From: Desulfosudaceae bacterium
GTDB lineage: Bacteria > Desulfobacterota > Desulfobacteria > Desulfobacterales > Desulfosudaceae
NCBI GenBank assembly: GCA_963674745.2
Contig: CAXXDV010000001.1
Coordinates: 1,024,001 to 1,088,000 of the forward strand
DNA: 64,000 nucleotides
Direction of reading: 5' to 3'
In this document: in pieces, positions 41,349 to 51,678 of the stretch
Numbering within the stretch: the stretch's first letter is position 1
How the letters are laid out: every line of letters starts with the position of its first letter
The notes under the pieces: generated by a model
Databases searched by the model: none
Seen by the model: only the letters and a program-made list of their open reading frames with translations
Told to the model about the DNA's origin: nothing
Translations under genes and position numbers: made by a program

Positions 41349-42278
41349 ATGCATCATCACCAGCGAACTGTCGCCGGAGAAGCCACCTGTTCCGGAACGG
41401 GTGTTCACTCGGGAAGAACAGTCAACCTGACGATCAAACCCGCGCCGCCCAATCACGGCATTAAATTTATCCGGACCGACCTGACCAACGCCCCCTGCAT
41501 CCCGGCCCTGTTTAAGATGGTGACCGACACGACCTCGGCCACGGTGCTCGGTATTGACGGCGTGATTGTGTCGACCGTGGAACATCTGCTGGCCACACTG
41601 GCCGGTCTCTCCATCGATAACGCCCTGATCGAAATAGACGCCTATGAAATCCCCATCCTGGACGGCAGTGCCTTTTCTTTTGTCGACCTGATCAACCGGG
41701 TCGGTATAAAACAGCAGGAAGCGCAAAGATGTTTTTTTATCATCAAAAAACCGGTTGCCCTGGAAGAAAACGGCAAGTCCGCCGCCATTTACCCTGACGA
41801 TGCGTTCAGGATTTCATATTCCATTGAGTACGACAATGAGCTGATCGGCAAACAGGAATACTCCCTTGAAATTAATGAAGACTCGTTTGGAAAAGAGATC
41901 AGCCGCGCCCGCACTTTCGGTTTTTACAATGAGTATCAAATGCTTAAAAGTTACGGGTTGGCCCGGGGGGGATCGCTGGATAACGCCGTGGTCATTGACG
42001 GTGAGGCCATTTTAAACAAGGACGGCCTGCGCTACCCGGACGAATTTGTCCGGCATAAAATATTGGATTGTGTTGGTGATTTTTCCCTTTTGGGAATGCC
42101 TGTAATGGGGCATATCGTTGCCAGCAAGTCCGGCCACCTGTTCAACCATAAGCTTTTGAAAAAACTTTTTGCCAGCCGGGACTGCTGGGAAACCGCTTTT
42201 CCAGCGCCACCTGCGTCAAAGCCCCCCATGCAGGACGAGGACCGTTCCACCCGCCCCCTGAAAAGCCTTGCCTTTTAA
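41349..42278 (+). CDS. lpxC: UDP-3-O-acyl-N-acetylglucosamine deacetylase
   Basis: QRT...GTGVHSG, STVEHLLA, ARTFGF, GGSLDNA, EFVRHKILD. Confidence 0.97.
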   Translation: MHHHQRTVAGEATCSGTGVHSGRTVNLTIKPAPPNHGIKFIRTDLTNAPCIPALFKMVTDTTSATVLGIDGVIVSTVEHLLATLAGLSIDNALIEIDAYEIPILDGSAFSFVDLINRVGIKQQEAQRCFFIIKKPVALEENGKSAAIYPDDAFRISYSIEYDNELIGKQEYSLEINEDSFGKEISRARTFGFYNEYQMLKSYGLARGGSLDNAVVIDGEAILNKDGLRYPDEFVRHKILDCVGDFSLLGMPVMGHIVASKSGHLFNHKLLKKLFASRDCWETAFPAPPASKPPMQDEDRSTRPLKSLAF

Positions 42279-42337
42279 CGGTTGTTCATCGTAGAGTAGG
42301 AGCAACCTATTGAATTTTAAAGACATGGGACAATATT

Positions 42338-42937
42338 ATGTGCGCTGACACCTGTGCCGATAAAAGCGTCCGGATGACTTGCCTGGTACTTTGCCTGTTT
42401 ATGATGACAGGCACCATCGGGTTCGCACAGGAAACGACCTTGTCTGACATTGCCATTGACTTTACCAAAACCAAAATCCTTTTTTCCACCTCCATTCAAA
42501 ACGCCTTTAATGAAAAAATGGAAGATGCCGCCAAGAACGGCATCCCCGTCACCTTCTCATTTATCATTATCCTGGACGAATCCCGCGAAATGTGGCCGGA
42601 CAAGGAAATTTCCGAGAAACAGGCCACCCATACGCTGACATATGACCCGCTGACGGGGAAATATCTGGTAACCCGATCCTGGGAAAAAAAGAACCCTTTC
42701 ATCACGGCTTCGTTTGAAGAGGCCTGTGATCGCATGTGCAAAATTGAAGACATGCGACTTACACGCTTAAAAAAGCTGAACAAAGGGGACACCTATGTTG
42801 TCAGAGCAAAGGCCAAGCTGGAAAAAATCAGCCTGCCCCTTTACCTCGATTATGTCCTGTTTTTTGTTTCTTTCTGGGATGTCGAAACCGACTGGCAGGA
42901 AAAGTCTTTTACATATAAACCCGATCAGCATAAATAG
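42338..42937 (+). CDS. DUF4390 family periplasmic protein
   Basis: Signal peptide; GIPVTFSF, WDVETDW; usual position upstream of ntrY; start uncertain. Confidence 0.8.
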   Translation: MCADTCADKSVRMTCLVLCLFMMTGTIGFAQETTLSDIAIDFTKTKILFSTSIQNAFNEKMEDAAKNGIPVTFSFIIILDESREMWPDKEISEKQATHTLTYDPLTGKYLVTRSWEKKNPFITASFEEACDRMCKIEDMRLTRLKKLNKGDTYVVRAKAKLEKISLPLYLDYVLFFVSFWDVETDWQEKSFTYKPDQHK

Positions 42938-42973
42938 CCCGTTATTTTAAGGGGCCAACCGGCTGCAAGCAAA

Positions 42974-45223
42974 ATGACCAACCGTGTAATAAGAGCGCTG
43001 ACCAATTTTTTGTCGGGTCTGTCCGAAGAGGAAAGAAGGCGGAGAAAAAGAGAAGCCATTATCATCTTTGTCCTGATTGTGGTTGTCACGATACTAACGT
43101 TTACGGAAACCCGCCTGATCCAGTTTGGAACCGATATCCCGGTTTCAAACACCATCCTGATGTTTATCCTGATCAACATCAATCTGCTGCTGCTGATTCT
43201 ACTCATTTTTCTGGTGTTCAGAAACCTGGTCAAACTTTTTTACGACCGTAAACAGAACGTCATGGGCGCCCGGCTGCGGACCCGCCTGGTTGTGGCCTTT
43301 ATTTCACTTACACTGGTACCGGCCATTGTGCTGTTTGTCTTCGCCATCGGTTTTATCAGCACCAGCATCAAGTTCTGGTTTAACGTACCCGTGGACCAGG
43401 CCCTGGCCCATTCCCTGAAAGTCGGCAAAAGCATTTACCATCACCTTGAAGACAACAACCAGTTCTTTCTGGAAAGAGCCGCCTATCAAATCAACAAACA
43501 GAACCTGTTACGGGAATATCGCCGAAACGAACTGAACCGCTATATACAAGTCGTGCAGCGGGAATTTAACCTGGATGCGGTTGAGGTTTACTCAACAAAA
43601 GGAGACAGGCTGGTTTACGCCGTATCCCGGGAGCTGGAAGAAAATCCGATTGCCGTGATACCGCTCCAGACCCTTCAGCGGGGTGCACCGGATGAGGCCC
43701 ACCTTGTTTCCCTCTCCCGCCATACCGCGGCCGGCGAGCTGGTTTCGTCCATATCCTCCCTTCCCTTTGGTGCCGAACGAAAGGACGCGGAAGCCCTGCT
43801 GGCCATTTCCCTTCTACTGCCCCCCGGGCTGTCTTCCGACCTGACCGCCATTTCCAGGGGATATAAAGAGTATCATCAGATCAAACTGCTCCAGGAACCC
43901 ATTCAGGTCTCTTACCTTATTTCGTTGACGATTGTCGGCCTGCTGGTTGTGTTCTGTGCTGTCTGGTTCGGTTTTTTTATCGCCAAATCCCTGACAACTC
44001 CGATTATGGAGCTGGCCAGGGGGTTGCAGAAAGTTGCTGCCGGCGACCTGAACTATACCATTGAACGGTTGGCCGACGATGAAATCGGCGAACTGGTAAG
44101 TTCTTTTAACAAAATGACCAACGACCTCCGCACCGGTCGAAACCAGATAGAAGCATCGACTGCCATGCTGGCCCGGCAAAAAGATGAAATAGAAGCCCGC
44201 CGGCTTTACATGGAAACCGTATTGGACAACATTTCTACCGGGGTTATTTCGTTAAACGCCAACGGTGCCATTACGACGACCAACAAGTCCGCTGAAAAGA
44301 TGTTGTCCCTTCCCCAGGCCGGTATTTTAAACCGGCACTTTGCCAATGTATTAAGCGGTCGTTACCTGCAAATGGCCAGAGAATGTGTTGAGCGAATAAC
44401 GGAAAAAGGGGAAAATGCGATTGTTTTTCCCATGCGGCTGACCATCGGCGGTCAGACCCGGAGCTTCATGATGCATTTAACCGCCCTCAGGCATGAAAAA
44501 GCCAATCAGTATATGGGTATGGTCCTGGTGGTCGATGACCTGACGGAACTGGAAAGGGCTCAGCGAATGGCTGCCTGGCGGGAAGTGGCGCGACGTATTG
44601 CCCATGAGGTCAAAAACCCGCTGACGCCCATCTCCCTTTCCGCCCAGCGATTAAAAAGAAGATTCTCCGATGTCGCCAACGACCGGATTTTTGACGAATG
44701 TATCCGGACCATACTGGACTACGTGGACATTATCCGCAACCTGGTTAATGAGTTTTCAGCTTATGCCAAGTTCCCTACCGCCAAACCCGGTCCCTGCGAC
44801 CTGCTGACGTTGATCCGGGAAACAACGGATCTTTACGCGGAAGAAGGGGGTGCCTTAACGTTTACGATTAACACGCCCGAGTCCGCCCCCCCGGTCAACC
44901 TGGATCGCGGGCAGATGAAACAGGCATTGATTAATCTGATTGACAATGCTATTGCTGCCATGAAAGGTTCCGGCGAAATCATTATCACGGTAACCTATGA
45001 AAACCTGGCAAGGCTGGTACGCATTGAGTTCGCCGATACCGGTGAAGGCATTCCCGACGAGGAAAAAGTCAACATGTTTGAGCCTTATTTTTCTACCAAA
45101 AAAACCGGTATGGGATTGGGGCTGGCCATTGTCAATTCAATAATAACAGATCACGGCGGCAAGATAAGCGTTCATGACCATTATCCCGTGGGGACCCGGT
45201 TCATCATTGAGCTGCCGATGTGA
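42974..45223 (+). CDS. ntrY: NtrY-like HAMP/PAS sensor histidine kinase
   Basis: AWREVARRIAHEVKNPLTPI H-box, DEIGELVSSFNKM HAMP, DTGEG, GMGLGL. Confidence 0.9.
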   Translation: MTNRVIRALTNFLSGLSEEERRRRKREAIIIFVLIVVVTILTFTETRLIQFGTDIPVSNTILMFILININLLLLILLIFLVFRNLVKLFYDRKQNVMGARLRTRLVVAFISLTLVPAIVLFVFAIGFISTSIKFWFNVPVDQALAHSLKVGKSIYHHLEDNNQFFLERAAYQINKQNLLREYRRNELNRYIQVVQREFNLDAVEVYSTKGDRLVYAVSRELEENPIAVIPLQTLQRGAPDEAHLVSLSRHTAAGELVSSISSLPFGAERKDAEALLAISLLLPPGLSSDLTAISRGYKEYHQIKLLQEPIQVSYLISLTIVGLLVVFCAVWFGFFIAKSLTTPIMELARGLQKVAAGDLNYTIERLADDEIGELVSSFNKMTNDLRTGRNQIEASTAMLARQKDEIEARRLYMETVLDNISTGVISLNANGAITTTNKSAEKMLSLPQAGILNRHFANVLSGRYLQMARECVERITEKGENAIVFPMRLTIGGQTRSFMMHLTALRHEKANQYMGMVLVVDDLTELERAQRMAAWREVARRIAHEVKNPLTPISLSAQRLKRRFSDVANDRIFDECIRTILDYVDIIRNLVNEFSAYAKFPTAKPGPCDLLTLIRETTDLYAEEGGALTFTINTPESAPPVNLDRGQMKQALINLIDNAIAAMKGSGEIIITVTYENLARLVRIEFADTGEGIPDEEKVNMFEPYFSTKKTGMGLGLAIVNSIITDHGGKISVHDHYPVGTRFIIELPM

Positions 45224-45261
45224 CCTCTTGATTGTCAAGGAACCAGAACACAGGAATAACC

Positions 45262-46626
45262 ATGTTTCCAACCGTACTAATCGTTGACGATGAGCCTTCT
45301 ATCCTGCAGCCGTTTGAGGGGTTGCTGTCAGATGAAGGCTTCAAAGTACTGACCGCTTCAAACGGCTATGAAGCCTTGAAAATCGTAGAACAGGATCCAC
45401 CGGATATCGTCCTTCTGGATATCTGGATGCCCGGCATTGACGGTATTGAAACACTGAAGGAAATCCGGGCAACCAACCCCCATATCCCGGTTATTATGGT
45501 CACAGGACACGGCACCATTGAAACAGCCGTAAACGCCACCAAAATCGGTGCATTTGATTTTATTGAAAAACCGCTCTCGATTGACAAGGTCATCGTGGAG
45601 ATCAACAATGCCCTGAATTTCAGGCGGCTGGAAGAAGAAAACCGTTATTTAAGAACAAAGGCTTTAAAAGAAAACGCCATAGACGGTAACAGCCCGGCCA
45701 TCAATGACTTGAGGAAACAGATCGCCGCGGCGGCGCCGACGGATGCCTGGATCCTGATTAGCGGTGAAAATGGTGTCGGCAAGGAGATGGCGGCCAAAAT
45801 GATCCACCTCTTGAGCCCCAGAGCCGAAGAACAGTTTGTCGACATCAACTGCGCCGCCATACCGGACAACCTGATTGAAAAAGACCTGTTCGGCCAGGAA
45901 AAAAGCGCCTCGGACAAATCCGCCACCAAGTCAACGGGAAAAATCGAGCTGGCCAATAACGGCACCCTTTTTCTGGATGAAATCGCCGACATGAACTTAA
46001 ACACCCAGGCCAAACTCATGCGCGCCCTTCAGGAACAGCAGGTCCAGCGTATCGGCAGCAGCCGGGTGCTGTCCGTCAATGTCAGGGTCATCGCCGCGAC
46101 CAACAAAAACCTGGAAGCGGAAATAAAAAGCGGCCGTTTCCGTGAAGACCTGTACTACCGGCTCAATGTTATTCCCCTGGAAGTCCCCCCCCTGAGAAAC
46201 CGCACCGAAGACATTCCGACGCTGACCCGTATTTTTCTGGAAAAATACGCCGGGCAGAACATCACCAAGCCCAAAGAACTGACAGACAAGGCCATAGAGA
46301 TGCTTTGCCGTTACAGGTGGCCGGGTAATGTCCGGGAGCTTAAGAATCTTGTTGAACGGTTGACCATCATGACCGAAGCCGATGTCATCGATGCGGCTGA
46401 CCTTCCGGCCCCCTATAATCCTGAAAACGCCATTAAGATTGAATCAGCCGCAAGCACTTTCTTTTCTTTTGATACACTCAAACTGGCCAGAAATGCTTTT
46501 GAGCGCGAGTATGTTAAAGTCAAACTGAAAGAGAACGACCGCAATATCACTAAAACCGCCGAAGCCATCGGCGTGGGCAGGAGCTTTATCCGTCAGAAAA
46601 TCAAAGAGATGGATCAGCAAGAATGA
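45262..46626 (+). CDS. ntrX: NtrX-like response regulator (REC-AAA+-HTH) lacking GAFTGA
   Basis: LDIWMP receiver, GENGVGKE Walker A, FLDEI, REDLYYRLNV, WPGNVREL; ATG 45262. Confidence 0.9.
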   Translation: MFPTVLIVDDEPSILQPFEGLLSDEGFKVLTASNGYEALKIVEQDPPDIVLLDIWMPGIDGIETLKEIRATNPHIPVIMVTGHGTIETAVNATKIGAFDFIEKPLSIDKVIVEINNALNFRRLEEENRYLRTKALKENAIDGNSPAINDLRKQIAAAAPTDAWILISGENGVGKEMAAKMIHLLSPRAEEQFVDINCAAIPDNLIEKDLFGQEKSASDKSATKSTGKIELANNGTLFLDEIADMNLNTQAKLMRALQEQQVQRIGSSRVLSVNVRVIAATNKNLEAEIKSGRFREDLYYRLNVIPLEVPPLRNRTEDIPTLTRIFLEKYAGQNITKPKELTDKAIEMLCRYRWPGNVRELKNLVERLTIMTEADVIDAADLPAPYNPENAIKIESAASTFFSFDTLKLARNAFEREYVKVKLKENDRNITKTAEAIGVGRSFIRQKIKEMDQQE

Positions 46627-47186
46627 AGCTCAGGGTCATTGGCGGCAGATTAAAGGGCAAGCCGCTGGCCACCCCAAAGGGGCTGGACGTACGACCGACG
46701 GCCGGCCGCGTTCGAGAAGCCATATTCAACATTCTTTTTTCCCGTGTACAGAATGCAGTCGTACTTGATCTTTTTGCCGGCACCGGTGCTTTCGGCATTG
46801 AAGCGCTCAGCCGGGGTGCGTCACAGGCTGTTTTTATCGACAACAGCCCGGCATCACTGGCCGTCCTCAAAAAGAATATTCAGGCCTGCGGACTGGAGGC
46901 GGTTGCAGAAATTCGCCGCTATGACGCGGCCCGGCAATTGTTCGGTCTGACCGAATTCAAGCTGGCGTTTGACATTGTATTCATGGACCCGCCTTATAAC
47001 CGGAATGCTGTGGACGCTGCACTGACCGGGCTTGTCCAGGCCGACCTTTTAAAACAGGGGGCGCTGGTTGTTGCTGAACATGCACTGACCGAATCTGTAA
47101 CCGGTGCTGACCGCGCTTTCTTTTTGAAAGATCAACGCAAATATGGCAGAACGCTTGTTTCTTTTTTGGAATTTATGATAGATTAA
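46623..47186 (+). CDS. rsmD: 16S rRNA m2G966 methyltransferase
   Basis: RPT..RVREAIFNIL, LDLFAGTGAFGIEALSRGA, DPPY. Confidence 0.93.
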   Translation: MKLRVIGGRLKGKPLATPKGLDVRPTAGRVREAIFNILFSRVQNAVVLDLFAGTGAFGIEALSRGASQAVFIDNSPASLAVLKKNIQACGLEAVAEIRRYDAARQLFGLTEFKLAFDIVFMDPPYNRNAVDAALTGLVQADLLKQGALVVAEHALTESVTGADRAFFLKDQRKYGRTLVSFLEFMID

Positions 47187-47225
47187 TTAAATTACTTTTT
47201 ACAAAACCATCAAAGGAGCATCCTT

Positions 47226-47711
47226 ATGAAAACGGCTGTTTATCCGGGTTCTTTTGATCCCATCACCAACGGTCATCTGGATATTGTCAAAAGAGGTCTT
47301 GGTATCTTTGACAGGATTATTGTGGCCGTACTTCATAACCCAACCAAAAAATCCCTTTTTTCCGTCGCCGAACGCATCGAAATGATTGAACAGAGCCTGG
47401 CTGACCTGCCCGGGGCCTCGGCGGATTCCTTTGACGGGTTACTGATTGATTATGCCGCGCAGAAAAAAGCGGCGGCCGTGCTTCGCGGCCTCCGGGCGGT
47501 TTCGGATTTTGATTACGAGTTCCAACTGGCCTTGATGAACCGCCGGCTGAACCGGGACGTTCAAACCATATTCCTGATGACCGGTCTGCGGTGGATTTTT
47601 ACCAGCTCTTCTATTATAAAAGAAGCGGCTTCTTTCGGGGGTGATGTTTCCGGAATGGTACCGCCCATTGTGGAGCAGCAACTGAAGAAAAAAATGGCGG
47701 AAATCCGCTGA
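47226..47711 (+). CDS. coaD: Phosphopantetheine adenylyltransferase
   Basis: YPGSFDPITNGHLD, RGLRAVSDFDYE. Confidence 0.97.
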   Translation: MKTAVYPGSFDPITNGHLDIVKRGLGIFDRIIVAVLHNPTKKSLFSVAERIEMIEQSLADLPGASADSFDGLLIDYAAQKKAAAVLRGLRAVSDFDYEFQLALMNRRLNRDVQTIFLMTGLRWIFTSSSIIKEAASFGGDVSGMVPPIVEQQLKKKMAEIR

Positions 47712-47731
47712 AAGCGGATTGGATGAGCCTT

Positions 47732-48400
47732 TTATGATGTCTTGGTGGGCCAGCCCTGTTCGCCGATCAGTTTGACAAAACGACATCCACCAAGGTCACT
47801 CATTCGCACTCGCCCGCTGGCGTCCTTGATCAGCTTGATCAGTTTCTGCGAGGACTCACTCCCGACGGGCGCGACCATCCGCCCTCCCGGCGCCAGTTGA
47901 TCCACCAGGGCGGGGGGTATGGCCGGAGCACCGGCGGTAACGATGATGGCGTCAAACGGACTTTCGTCCATCCACCCGGTGGTGCCGTCCGAATACCGGG
48001 TGACGATATTATAATATTTCAGACGATCAAAAAGGGCCCGGGCTTTAAGAAACAGGGAATGCTTCCGTTCAATGGTATACACCCGGGAAGCGATCTGAGC
48101 GACAATCGCCGCCTGGTAACCCGATCCGGTGCCGATTTCAAGGACACGGTCATCTTCGTCAAGCCTCAGGGCCTGGGTCATTTCCGCTACGATGTATGGC
48201 TGGGATATGGTCTGCTGCTCGCCTATGGGCAGGGGAAAATCACCATAAGCCTGGGTCCGCAAGGCCGGATCAACAAACAGGTGCCTGGGAACCCGGCCCA
48301 TGGCTTCCAGCACACGGACATCGGTTATGCCCCGGGCCACCAGCTGATTATTAATCATCCTTTCCCGGTGACCGTTGTATTTGATATCCTCTTTACCCAT
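47732..48400 (-). CDS. pcm: Protein-L-isoaspartate O-methyltransferase
   Basis: QTISQPY, VLEIGTGSGYQ, PFDAIIVTA. Confidence 0.96.
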   Translation of the reverse strand: MGKEDIKYNGHRERMINNQLVARGITDVRVLEAMGRVPRHLFVDPALRTQAYGDFPLPIGEQQTISQPYIVAEMTQALRLDEDDRVLEIGTGSGYQAAIVAQIASRVYTIERKHSLFLKARALFDRLKYYNIVTRYSDGTTGWMDESPFDAIIVTAGAPAIPPALVDQLAPGGRMVAPVGSESSQKLIKLIKDASGRVRMSDLGGCRFVKLIGEQGWPTKTS

Positions 48401-48539
48401 AAAAAAGGTTTATAAACAATTCACGAGGCATCCGTCAAGCGCAAAAAACCGCTTGAATTGTTTATAAATACCGATTAAGTTGGGTTTTCGGGACGACAGG
48501 TTGACGGTTTTAATTAAATAACAGCAGAATAAACTGATC

Positions 48540-49583
48540 ATGTCATATCTGATCGACAGTCATTCTAAAAGTATCCGCACATTTATCCGTTTGCTCTTCA
48601 TTCTGATTGTGGTCATGGGTATGGGCACCCTGGGCTATATGATGATTGAAAAGTGGTCTTTTCTGGAATCCTTTTACATGACGCTGATCACCATCACCAC
48701 CGTTGGATTCAGTGAGGTTCATCATCTTAGCGCGAACGGAAAAATATTTACCTCATTATTGATTTTTGTCGGGGTGGGGTTTTTTCTATATGTAACGGGA
48801 TATCTTGTACAGTTTGTGGTGGAAGGCAGAATCCGGGAAATTATGGGGAGGCGGAAATTGAACAAAAAAATCAAACGATTAAAGCATCACTACATTGTCT
48901 GCGGCTATGGCCGGATTGGACGGGTACTGGTTACCAATCTTAAAAACCATCCCATCGACATTGTTGTGGTCGAAAAAAACCCGGAACTCCTGGCCACCAT
49001 GGAAGAAGACGGCGTTCTCTATATTTCAGGCAATGCCACTGATGAGCAGGTATTGCTCGAAGCCGGTATTGAGCATGCCAGGACGCTGGTGGCCGTTCTG
49101 GCGACAGACACGGAAAATGTTTTTTTGACACTTACCGCCAGGCAGCTGAACCCCCAACTGTACATCATGGCCCGGGCGAGTGAGGAAGCCGTCAAGAAAA
49201 AACTGCTGGCAGCCGGGGCCGACAAGGTGGAGTCTCCCTACGACATTGGTGCCGTCAGCATGGCCATGCGGGTCATGCGCCCGACGGTAACGAGTTTCCT
49301 TGATCTTGTCCTTACCAGAAAAAACAAGAACATTGAAATGGAAGAGATACCGGTGGCCGCTTCGTCGGTCATCTGCGGCAAGACATTGCTGGAGTCCAAA
49401 ATCCGCCAGAAATTCAATATCATTATTATCGCCATCAAAAAACCCGATGAATCCATGATTTTCAATCCTGCTTCAGAAAAAGTAATCCGGGAGGGAGATA
49501 CCATGATTGTTGTCGGCGATACAGAGAACCTGTCCGCGTTCAGCAAGACACTGATGAACGACCCGCTCGGGGCGCGGGGATAA
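48540..49583 (+). CDS. 2-TM potassium channel protein with RCK (TrkA-N/C) domains
   Basis: TITTVGF pore motif, CGYGRIG Rossmann motif, TrkA-C domain. Confidence 0.9.
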   Translation: MSYLIDSHSKSIRTFIRLLFILIVVMGMGTLGYMMIEKWSFLESFYMTLITITTVGFSEVHHLSANGKIFTSLLIFVGVGFFLYVTGYLVQFVVEGRIREIMGRRKLNKKIKRLKHHYIVCGYGRIGRVLVTNLKNHPIDIVVVEKNPELLATMEEDGVLYISGNATDEQVLLEAGIEHARTLVAVLATDTENVFLTLTARQLNPQLYIMARASEEAVKKKLLAAGADKVESPYDIGAVSMAMRVMRPTVTSFLDLVLTRKNKNIEMEEIPVAASSVICGKTLLESKIRQKFNIIIIAIKKPDESMIFNPASEKVIREGDTMIVVGDTENLSAFSKTLMNDPLGARG

Positions 49584-49615
49584 CAAAAAAGGGTTCAAGG
49601 ATTCAAGGGGTCGAG
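49583..49615. repeat. Second copy of the 8-nt periodic dispersed element
   Basis: ACAAAAAAGGGTTCAAGGATTCAAGGGGTCGAG, reverse complement of 21841-21872 with ~2 differences. Confidence 0.75.
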
Positions 49616-50203
49616 TCAGATCTTATAGATCGTCCGTTTTTCCGTGATAATAATATCCACATACCGGTCGATTGACCCTTTTGGCACCTGCTGAATAATC
49701 TGGTCTTCAAAAGCCAAAGAAACCTTGCGGGTCGTCGCCGGCAGACGGGGAATCAGCTTGTCGTATATCCCGCTGCCCAACCCTATCCGGGCACCCTTTT
49801 CATCAAACACCAGACCCGGCACAAGGGCGATTTCGATACTATCCACCGGAACCATACGGCACCGGGTGGGATCAGGCATCACTTCCCGATCCGCCGTAAG
49901 CATCATATCGGTTTCCGGATTGTCCACCTTAAGCAGCAAGGTCTTTTTGCTTTTGGCGTCATAATAAGGAACCACCACAATTTTATTAAAATGATAACAG
50001 TGCCTGATAACCTGGTCCGTATTCACCTCGCCGGATCTGCTGGTATAAAGCAAAACAACATGTGCTTCTATAAAATTGGCAAACTCCAGCAACCGTTTCT
50101 CAATCTGCCTGCTTTTGGTAGACACCTCATCCTTGGAAAAGGATTCCAGTTTTTTGGCAACATCATTGCGGATTTCTTTTTTGATTTCTTTCACGTCATC
50201 CAT
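49616..50203 (-). CDS. 5-formyltetrahydrofolate cyclo-ligase
   Basis: K..IR N-terminus, EVNT, LVPGLVFDEKGARIGLGSGIYD, DRYVDIIITE. Confidence 0.9.
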   Translation of the reverse strand: MDDVKEIKKEIRNDVAKKLESFSKDEVSTKSRQIEKRLLEFANFIEAHVVLLYTSRSGEVNTDQVIRHCYHFNKIVVVPYYDAKSKKTLLLKVDNPETDMMLTADREVMPDPTRCRMVPVDSIEIALVPGLVFDEKGARIGLGSGIYDKLIPRLPATTRKVSLAFEDQIIQQVPKGSIDRYVDIIITEKRTIYKI

Positions 50204-50261
50204 GGATTAACCTCAAAACCACATTTACATGTAAAGAGTATTTTTTATGTTAAACCAAATT

Positions 50262-50290
50262 TTTATATCGCAAAAAAAGAATAAAGTCAA
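50262..50290 (-). promoter_or_regulatory. sigma70-like promoter of the cyclo-ligase gene
   Basis: Minus strand TTGACT-17 bp-TATAAA. Confidence 0.6.
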
Positions 50291-50400
50291 GCTGATAATA
50301 ATATGTTGACTCTATAAAATTGATAATGTTATATAATGATCACGATATGCCCACTGTTCAAGGGATTACCCGAATTTTAGCGAAAAATTAATCAAAGACC

Positions 50401-51678
50401 ATGCTCGATTTAAAATTTATCAGACATAACCCGGATACGGTTAAAACGGCTTTGCAAAACCGGAATGAAGACCCTGCCGTTATAGACGATTTTCACAAAT
50501 TTGACGAAATTCGTCGCGATTTACTGGCCACAACAGAAGAATTGCGGCACCGGAGAAACGTCGCTTCGGACGCCATCGCCCGGCTGAAAAAAAGCGGGCA
50601 GGACGCTACCGCCGAAATCAGCGAAATGCGTGATGTGGCATCCAGGATAAAAGAAATTGACGTGTCACTCTCTGAGAACGAACAGGCCATCGGCGAACTG
50701 TTGCTGAAGCTACCCAACATTCCCCATGACTCCGTCCCCATCGGCGGCGATGAGGCGGACAACCCGGTCAAAAAGCTGGAAGGCCGGCCCCCTGAATTTG
50801 ACTTTACCCCGCAGGCGCACTGGGACATTGGTGAATCGCTGGGTATTCTTGATCTTAAGAGAGCCGCCAAAATCGCCGGCGCCCGGTTTCCCTTGTTGAC
50901 CGGAAAAGGCGCGCTGATGGAAAGAGCGCTTATCAACTTCATGCTGGACACACACACACAAGACCATGGCTACCGGGAATGCCTGCCGCCGTTTATGGTC
51001 AACCGGAAAACAATGACCGGCACGGGACAACTGCCGAAGTTTGAAGAAGACCTGTTCAAGATTGAAGACTGGGACTACTATCTCATCCCCACGGCAGAAG
51101 TGCCGGTGACCAATATTTACCAGGATGAAATTTTATCTGAAAAAGACCTGCCGCTCAAGTATGCGGCCTTTACTCCCTGCTTCCGTTCTGAAGCCGGCTC
51201 CCATGGAAAGGACACCCGGGGCCTGATCCGCCAGCATCAATTTAACAAGGTGGAGCTGGTCAAGTTTGTACTGCCCGAAAATTCCTATCAGGAGCTGGAA
51301 ACGCTTCTGGCCGATGCTGAAACGATCTTACAACGCCTGGGGCTGGCCTACCGGGTGATCACCCTCTGTTCCGGAGACCTGGGTTTTTCGGCGGCCAAGA
51401 CCTATGATCTGGAAGTCTGGTTCCCGGCCCAGCAGAAATACAGGGAAATATCTTCCTGCAGTAATTTTGAGTCTTTCCAGGCCAGAAGAGCCAACATCCG
51501 CTTCAAACGGGACGGTCAAAAAGGAACCGAATTCGTTCACACCCTTAATGGTTCCGGTCTGGCCGTCGGCAGAACCCTGGCGTCGCTGCTGGAAAACTAC
51601 CAGAACCGGGACGGTTCTGTCTCTGTTCCGGAAGCCCTGCGGCCTTATATGAACCACCTGGAAACCATATCATTATGA
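50401..51678 (+). CDS. serS: Serine--tRNA ligase
   Basis: [54 protein letters not shown]. Confidence 0.98.
   Translation: MLDLKFIRHNPDTVKTALQNRNEDPAVIDDFHKFDEIRRDLLATTEELRHRRNVASDAIARLKKSGQDATAEISEMRDVASRIKEIDVSLSENEQAIGELLLKLPNIPHDSVPIGGDEADNPVKKLEGRPPEFDFTPQAHWDIGESLGILDLKRAAKIAGARFPLLTGKGALMERALINFMLDTHTQDHGYRECLPPFMVNRKTMTGTGQLPKFEEDLFKIEDWDYYLIPTAEVPVTNIYQDEILSEKDLPLKYAAFTPCFRSEAGSHGKDTRGLIRQHQFNKVELVKFVLPENSYQELETLLADAETILQRLGLAYRVITLCSGDLGFSAAKTYDLEVWFPAQQKYREISSCSNFESFQARRANIRFKRDGQKGTEFVHTLNGSGLAVGRTLASLLENYQNRDGSVSVPEALRPYMNHLETISL

Noticed and set aside
48690..48720. Non-canonical K+ filter TVGFS instead of TVGYG
   Set aside because: Such variants are common in this RCK-fused channel family, so it is not distinctive.
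50228..50255. dif-like site (TTATGTTAAAC resembles a XerD arm)
   Set aside because: No XerC-like arm 6 bp upstream, and the region is an AT-rich promoter.
50204..50400. 6S RNA, often found upstream of 5-formyl-THF cyclo-ligase
   Set aside because: The gap is short, AT-rich and occupied by divergent promoters, with no long rod-like structure.
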